Source: Bacillota bacterium
GTDB taxonomy: Bacteria > Bacillota_I > Bacilli_A > RF39 > UBA660
Assembly (NCBI GenBank): GCA_015059365.1
Contig: SVAO01000003.1
Coordinates: 3,682 to 67,681 of the forward strand
Length of the DNA: 64,000 bases
Reading direction: 5' to 3'
Below the pieces are notes generated by a model. The model ran no database searches, was not told where the DNA came from, and saw nothing but the letters and a program-made list of their open reading frames with translations. The translations under genes were made by a program, and so were the position numbers. Positions 59,777-64,000 of the stretch are shown here, in pieces (the first letter of the stretch is position 1; each line of letters opens with the position of its first letter).

Positions 59777-62008
59777 ATGAAAATAAAAAAATTTTTACTT
59801 ATACTACTTGTTTTTTTAGGAGTTTGTTTTATCAATACCGATAATATCTATGCGTTGAAGGGTGACGCAAATAAAGATGGTAAAATAGATTGTGCTGATT
59901 ACTCCACATTAAAAAAATTTGTGAATGGTACAAATATAGAAATTAGTAAAACTAACGCTGATGTTAATTCCGATGGAATAGTAAATCAAAAAGATTTTGA
60001 AGATTGGGAAACAAGAATGGGCATTATTTGTAGACCTGCTACTGAACAAGATTTTTTAGGAGAGTTAACTTGTGGAGAGACAGATTTTAAATTTCATCAA
60101 TCTTTACCTAAATTCACAGCAACAATTTACGACGTGCTAAAAATTGCCACACCAATTATTGTAATTGTTACTGGCATGATAGATTTATTAAAAGCTGTAA
60201 CATCACAAAAAGAAGATGAAATCAAAAAAGCACAACAAAAATTTGTCAGAAGACTTATCGCTGGTGCTATTGTATTCTTAGTTTTTGTAATACTAGAAAT
60301 CTTTATCAATATAATTGCAGAAGCAGATGACTCAAATAATGCAATGGATTGTGTAAATACTTTCTTACACGGTCCATCATATTGCGGAGGAAACGGAGAT
60401 GCAAACAACGATAAAAAAGTCGATTATAGAGACTTAAACTTTATGCTTCTTTATTTTAATAAAATCGGGGAAATCGAAAACTTTAATAAAAACAATGCAA
60501 ACATAAATTGTAGTAGTAATGGATTTGACTCTAATGATGTCAATGTGTTATGGGAAAAACTAAGTAAGAATGGAAGCAAAAAAATAGGAGATGCTAATAA
60601 TGATGGTATAGTCGATCACAGAGACGTTGAAACTATAGAGAATTATTTTTTAAATCGTGTATCAGCACACGAAAATAATACTATTAATTTAGTAAATGCC
60701 GACATGAATAACAATTATTCTGTTAATGAGGACGATTTAAACGCCTTAAGATCTTTAATTACAGATAAAATTTATAATGATAATCAGAATATAGGTGACG
60801 TTAACTCCGATGGTAAAATTAATTATATAGATTTAGACATTTTAATACAAAATATTATAGGGAACGATAAAAGTTACTCTTATAATAGCTCAAATTCGGA
60901 TTTAAATGGAGACGCAAAAGTTACTGAAGAAGATATAGAATATCTATTTGAATTAATTGCTGACTCTGCTGTACGAGGTGATTTCGACGGGGATAAACAA
61001 ATTACAAAAAACGATTGTGACCTTTGGAACAGATATTCCCACAAACACGTATTTACATATTACGATATACAATTTTTATACAAAGTTATTAAAGATGGAA
61101 CAGCAAATGAAACATATAAAGGTGGGGAAACTTGGGGAACTGATATAAATGGTGATGGTACAATTAATATGGATGACTACTATGCAATATTAATTTTTAA
61201 CAAGCATACTGCAGATATGGATTTTAACGGAAAAATTAATGACAATGATAAAGATATTTTCTTTGCATCATCAGGTAGTGTTTGCGAACCTGATATTGAT
61301 GAATCAAACATAACATTCTCTTATGAATACAACAAAGATAATGCTTCAATGCCATATGGTCTATTCACTCCATCTAGTGCCTCTAATTCAAACAAAAGTG
61401 CACTTATTGTTTGGTTTCATGGTTATGGTGAAGACGGGAAAAGTGCATCAGCCCTAAGAAATAGTGGCTTTCTAAATATCCTAGAATCTGACTGGAAAAA
61501 CTGGGGATTTGATGGATTTAACGCATACGTATTATGTCCTCATTTACAAACTGGTAGATGGGAAAATGGCAGCAATCCAGACAACTTTAAAAAATTATTA
61601 GAAAAAATAAAAAAAGAAAAAAATATAGATACTAACAAGATCGTTTTAATCGGTCATAGTAAAGGAAGCCAAGCTGTACAATATTATGGAAATCTGAGTA
61701 ATTCATATTCAGCTTTAGTTGCATTAAGTGGATATGTTGCAAACAGTACTGATTTAAGTAAAATTGATAAAAACAAAGTTCTAGGATATACAGGAACAAA
61801 TGATGAGCAGAACACTGTAAATTATATGAAAAAAACTTTTGCAAATTACTTTAATATAATAAATTTACAGGGTGCAAATCATGGTGGTGTTGTAACAAAA
61901 GCTTTTGAGCAAGATAAAAATAATAATAATAAATCCGATCTAATAGAATGGATGTTAGCTGACAACAATAAGAAAAAAGAATTAGAAAAATTCATGTTAG
62001 CTCAGTAA
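59777..62008 (+). CDS. multi-dockerin protein with VirB2/TrbC-like membrane hairpin and C-terminal alpha/beta serine hydrolase
   Basis: Signal peptide; about 11 DxNxDG-type loops; two-TM hairpin aa ~113-184; WFHGYGE, GHSKG, GTND and ANHGG. Confidence 0.85.
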   Translation: MKIKKFLLILLVFLGVCFINTDNIYALKGDANKDGKIDCADYSTLKKFVNGTNIEISKTNADVNSDGIVNQKDFEDWETRMGIICRPATEQDFLGELTCGETDFKFHQSLPKFTATIYDVLKIATPIIVIVTGMIDLLKAVTSQKEDEIKKAQQKFVRRLIAGAIVFLVFVILEIFINIIAEADDSNNAMDCVNTFLHGPSYCGGNGDANNDKKVDYRDLNFMLLYFNKIGEIENFNKNNANINCSSNGFDSNDVNVLWEKLSKNGSKKIGDANNDGIVDHRDVETIENYFLNRVSAHENNTINLVNADMNNNYSVNEDDLNALRSLITDKIYNDNQNIGDVNSDGKINYIDLDILIQNIIGNDKSYSYNSSNSDLNGDAKVTEEDIEYLFELIADSAVRGDFDGDKQITKNDCDLWNRYSHKHVFTYYDIQFLYKVIKDGTANETYKGGETWGTDINGDGTINMDDYYAILIFNKHTADMDFNGKINDNDKDIFFASSGSVCEPDIDESNITFSYEYNKDNASMPYGLFTPSSASNSNKSALIVWFHGYGEDGKSASALRNSGFLNILESDWKNWGFDGFNAYVLCPHLQTGRWENGSNPDNFKKLLEKIKKEKNIDTNKIVLIGHSKGSQAVQYYGNLSNSYSALVALSGYVANSTDLSKIDKNKVLGYTGTNDEQNTVNYMKKTFANYFNIINLQGANHGGVVTKAFEQDKNNNNKSDLIEWMLADNNKKKELEKFMLAQ

Positions 62009-62016
62009 TTAACTAT

Positions 62017-62043
62017 AAGGATGATGTAAATCATCCTTTTATT
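62017..62043 (+). terminator. terminator of the dockerin gene
   Basis: AAGGATGA-N6-TCATCCTT-TTATT. Confidence 0.7.
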
Positions 62044-62053
62044 GTCCTCAAAC

Positions 62054-62088
62054 AAAAAACTTTCCAATTAACAGAAGGAAAGTTTTTT
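62054..62088. terminator. bidirectional terminator
   Basis: AAAAAACTTTCC-N11-GGAAAGTTTTTT. Confidence 0.65.
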
Positions 62089-62099
62089 AATTATACCTA

Positions 62100-62714
62100 T
62101 TATTTTTTTATATTATTTAAAAATTTATTAACTATTAAACTTGTTTTATTGACAATCTCATATGCATAAGTAATACAAATCAAACTACAACCTAATAATG
62201 CACATATAACATCTTTCATAGTATCTGTAACACCTGTTGTTAAAACTTTCTGTGCATCTCCACCCAAAATATTATCTGCTGAAAACTCAAATAGTTCCCA
62301 AATACTCGCAACCATCAAAGTTATCGCAATCATATAAAATATATTAAATGTCAAACTCTTTTCATCATATTTTTTAAACATTAATAGTAATAAAAGAGCA
62401 AAAAGTGCAGTTAACAAACCAGATGTAAAATGTACAAATGAATCATACCAATAAATAATCCCATAAAAATGCATTACACTACCTAATAATTGGGCTAAGA
62501 ATATAAATATTAGAAATACTAATTCAACAGAATTAGCTATTTTTATCTTAAATATTTTTCTAATTATTGTAGGTAAAAAAACTATTACATATAATGATAA
62601 ACATACTAATATATTAGAATCAAATCTTTTAAATAATGTTAATCCTAAGAAAAGTGTATTTAATATAATTGTTAAAGCAATAATACTAATATTAATTTTC
62701 TTTAGTATCTTCAT
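62100..62714 (-). CDS. DUF2238/YjdF-like membrane protein
   Basis: WYDSFVHFTSG, WELFEF and DTMKD motifs in a multi-TM protein. Confidence 0.75.
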   Translation of the reverse strand: MKILKKINISIIALTIILNTLFLGLTLFKRFDSNILVCLSLYVIVFLPTIIRKIFKIKIANSVELVFLIFIFLAQLLGSVMHFYGIIYWYDSFVHFTSGLLTALFALLLLLMFKKYDEKSLTFNIFYMIAITLMVASIWELFEFSADNILGGDAQKVLTTGVTDTMKDVICALLGCSLICITYAYEIVNKTSLIVNKFLNNIKK

Positions 62715-63771
62715 AAGTTAACTCTTCCATTTCTACCTGATTAATACTATTAAATCTTTTAGTTATTTTATCAGTTGTCGTATGTATTTCTTTAACATCT
62801 TTTGAAACAGTTTCAATACTACGATATAATTTATCCCAACGATCTTTATAACGTTTAAATTCGTCATCTAATAATCTTAATTCTTGATGAATTACCTTTG
62901 TATATTTATCACGCTCTATATTCTTTATTAATATCTGTAAAGTTGTTAATGTACTAATTAAAGTTGTAGGTGAAGTTATCCATACTTTTTTCTTATATGC
63001 ATAATCTATTATATCTTGATGATATGCGTTTATTTCTGCGAATATAGCCTCTGCTGGTAAAAACATTATAGCTTGGTCTGTTGTTACTCCTGGAATAATA
63101 TACTTGTTTGCAATAGCGTCTATATGCTTTTTAACATCACTTTTAAATAATTTCTCTGCACTACTCCTAACTCCAATGTCATTATTCTTATCAACCATAA
63201 TTTGATAATTTTCTAATGGAAATTTAGAATCAATCGCAACTTTACCTAAAGGCTCTGGAGCAAATAATACACAATCCGCAATAACACCATTTTCAAAACC
63301 ATATTGTAATTGATAAATATTTTTATTATTATCACCAAAAACACTGCTTAATATGTGTTTTAAATTAACTTCTCCAAATATTCCTCTAGCTTTTTTATCT
63401 GTTAACACACTCTGTAAAGATACAATATCATTAGATAATGTGTCTATTTTTTTCTGAGCTTCATCTATTTTGCTCAATCTTTCTAATACCGAAGTAAAAG
63501 TCTTATTAGTTTTTTCAAAATTTTCATCTAATCTTTCATTTACTTTATCACTAATCAACCTAAGTCTTGTGTCAATCTGCTCATTTAATTTGGTAAAATC
63601 TTCATTTAAATCACGATTAAGTCCACTTTTAAACTCCCCTATTTCTTTTACAACACTAGTTTCTAGTTTGCCTAATCTTTCTGATATATTACTTTCATTA
63701 ATATTTTTCATTAAAGATATAACACTAATAATTAAAATTATAATAAGTAATACAATTATTATATATTCCAT
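62692..63771 (-). CDS. rmuC: DNA recombination protein RmuC
   Basis: RGIFGE, IDSKFP, FLPAEAIFAE and SPTTL; start reassigned to MEYIII. Confidence 0.93.
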   Translation of the reverse strand: MEYIIIVLLIIILIISVISLMKNINESNISERLGKLETSVVKEIGEFKSGLNRDLNEDFTKLNEQIDTRLRLISDKVNERLDENFEKTNKTFTSVLERLSKIDEAQKKIDTLSNDIVSLQSVLTDKKARGIFGEVNLKHILSSVFGDNNKNIYQLQYGFENGVIADCVLFAPEPLGKVAIDSKFPLENYQIMVDKNNDIGVRSSAEKLFKSDVKKHIDAIANKYIIPGVTTDQAIMFLPAEAIFAEINAYHQDIIDYAYKKKVWITSPTTLISTLTTLQILIKNIERDKYTKVIHQELRLLDDEFKRYKDRWDKLYRSIETVSKDVKEIHTTTDKITKRFNSINQVEMEELTYEDTKEN

Positions 63772-63834
63772 TCTATCACCCATTATAATTATAACCTTTT
63801 TGATGTAAAAAGAAAATAAGATATTCAAAATATC

Positions 63835-64000
63835 TTATTGTTCAAGAATCCAAGCTTCATATCCACCTATTATATTTACCGTTCTATAACCTAGTGAATT
63901 TAATATTTGACATGCTTTCAAGCTTTTTTGACCTTTTTGACAATAAATATAATATGTATTATATTTATCTAAATATTTATTAGGACTGATAATTAGGCTA
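63835..64000 (-). CDS. rhodanese-like protein (5' partial, runs off the window)
   Basis: YYIYCQKGQKS..LGY..NIIGGYEAW*. Confidence 0.8.
   Translation of the reverse strand, partial: SLIISPNKYLDKYNTYYIYCQKGQKSLKACQILNSLGYRTVNIIGGYEAWILEQ

Noticed and set aside
5060-63808. Numerous antisense or overlapping ORFs in the track (e.g. 5060, 8458, 9023, 12335, 12772, 30947, 32615, 45765, 48249, 51060, 54425, 60127, 63470)
   Set aside because: They shadow well-supported genes on the opposite strand or in another frame, with no RBS or motifs.
1-64000. tRNA or rRNA genes
   Set aside because: The only tRNA-like cloverleaf ends found belong to the tmRNA.

Overview
Very AT-rich Bacilli-type chromosome read with genetic code 11 (TGA is used as a stop). 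Gene content and protein style suggest an uncultured RF39/Mollicutes-related gut lineage; this is an inference. Almost all genes are on the minus strand. The housekeeping backbone is trmB, an rnf operon, a U32/RlhA-like gene, rnhB, galE, ruvAB, fmt, priA, tig, clpC, polA, polC, prmC, der, engB, ssrA (tmRNA), smpB, rnr and rmuC. No tRNA, rRNA, CRISPR array, integrase or transposase was found. Highlights: (1) Two unrelated pilin classes both carry dockerin-like Ca-binding modules, namely a type IV pilin-dockerin and a VirB2/TrbC-like hairpin with about five dockerins plus a serine hydrolase, with no cohesin in view. (2) The Rnf operon is remodelled: RnfD carries two fused FMN domains, an unannotated 31-aa ORF at the rnfG position looks like the RnfG membrane anchor alone, and RnfB is truncated. 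(3) A leader peptide containing a G9 tract lies upstream of a terminator, a candidate phase-variable attenuator for a two-gene surface module. (4) A structured leader with a terminator, matching no riboswitch I recognise, precedes a chromate-transporter pair. (5) A mazEF module appears to be decaying (frameshifted antitoxin, RP-to-RL toxin). Features missed by the ORF track (Cse60, the MazE pseudogene, a phage-like remnant beside ssrA) were recovered by hand.
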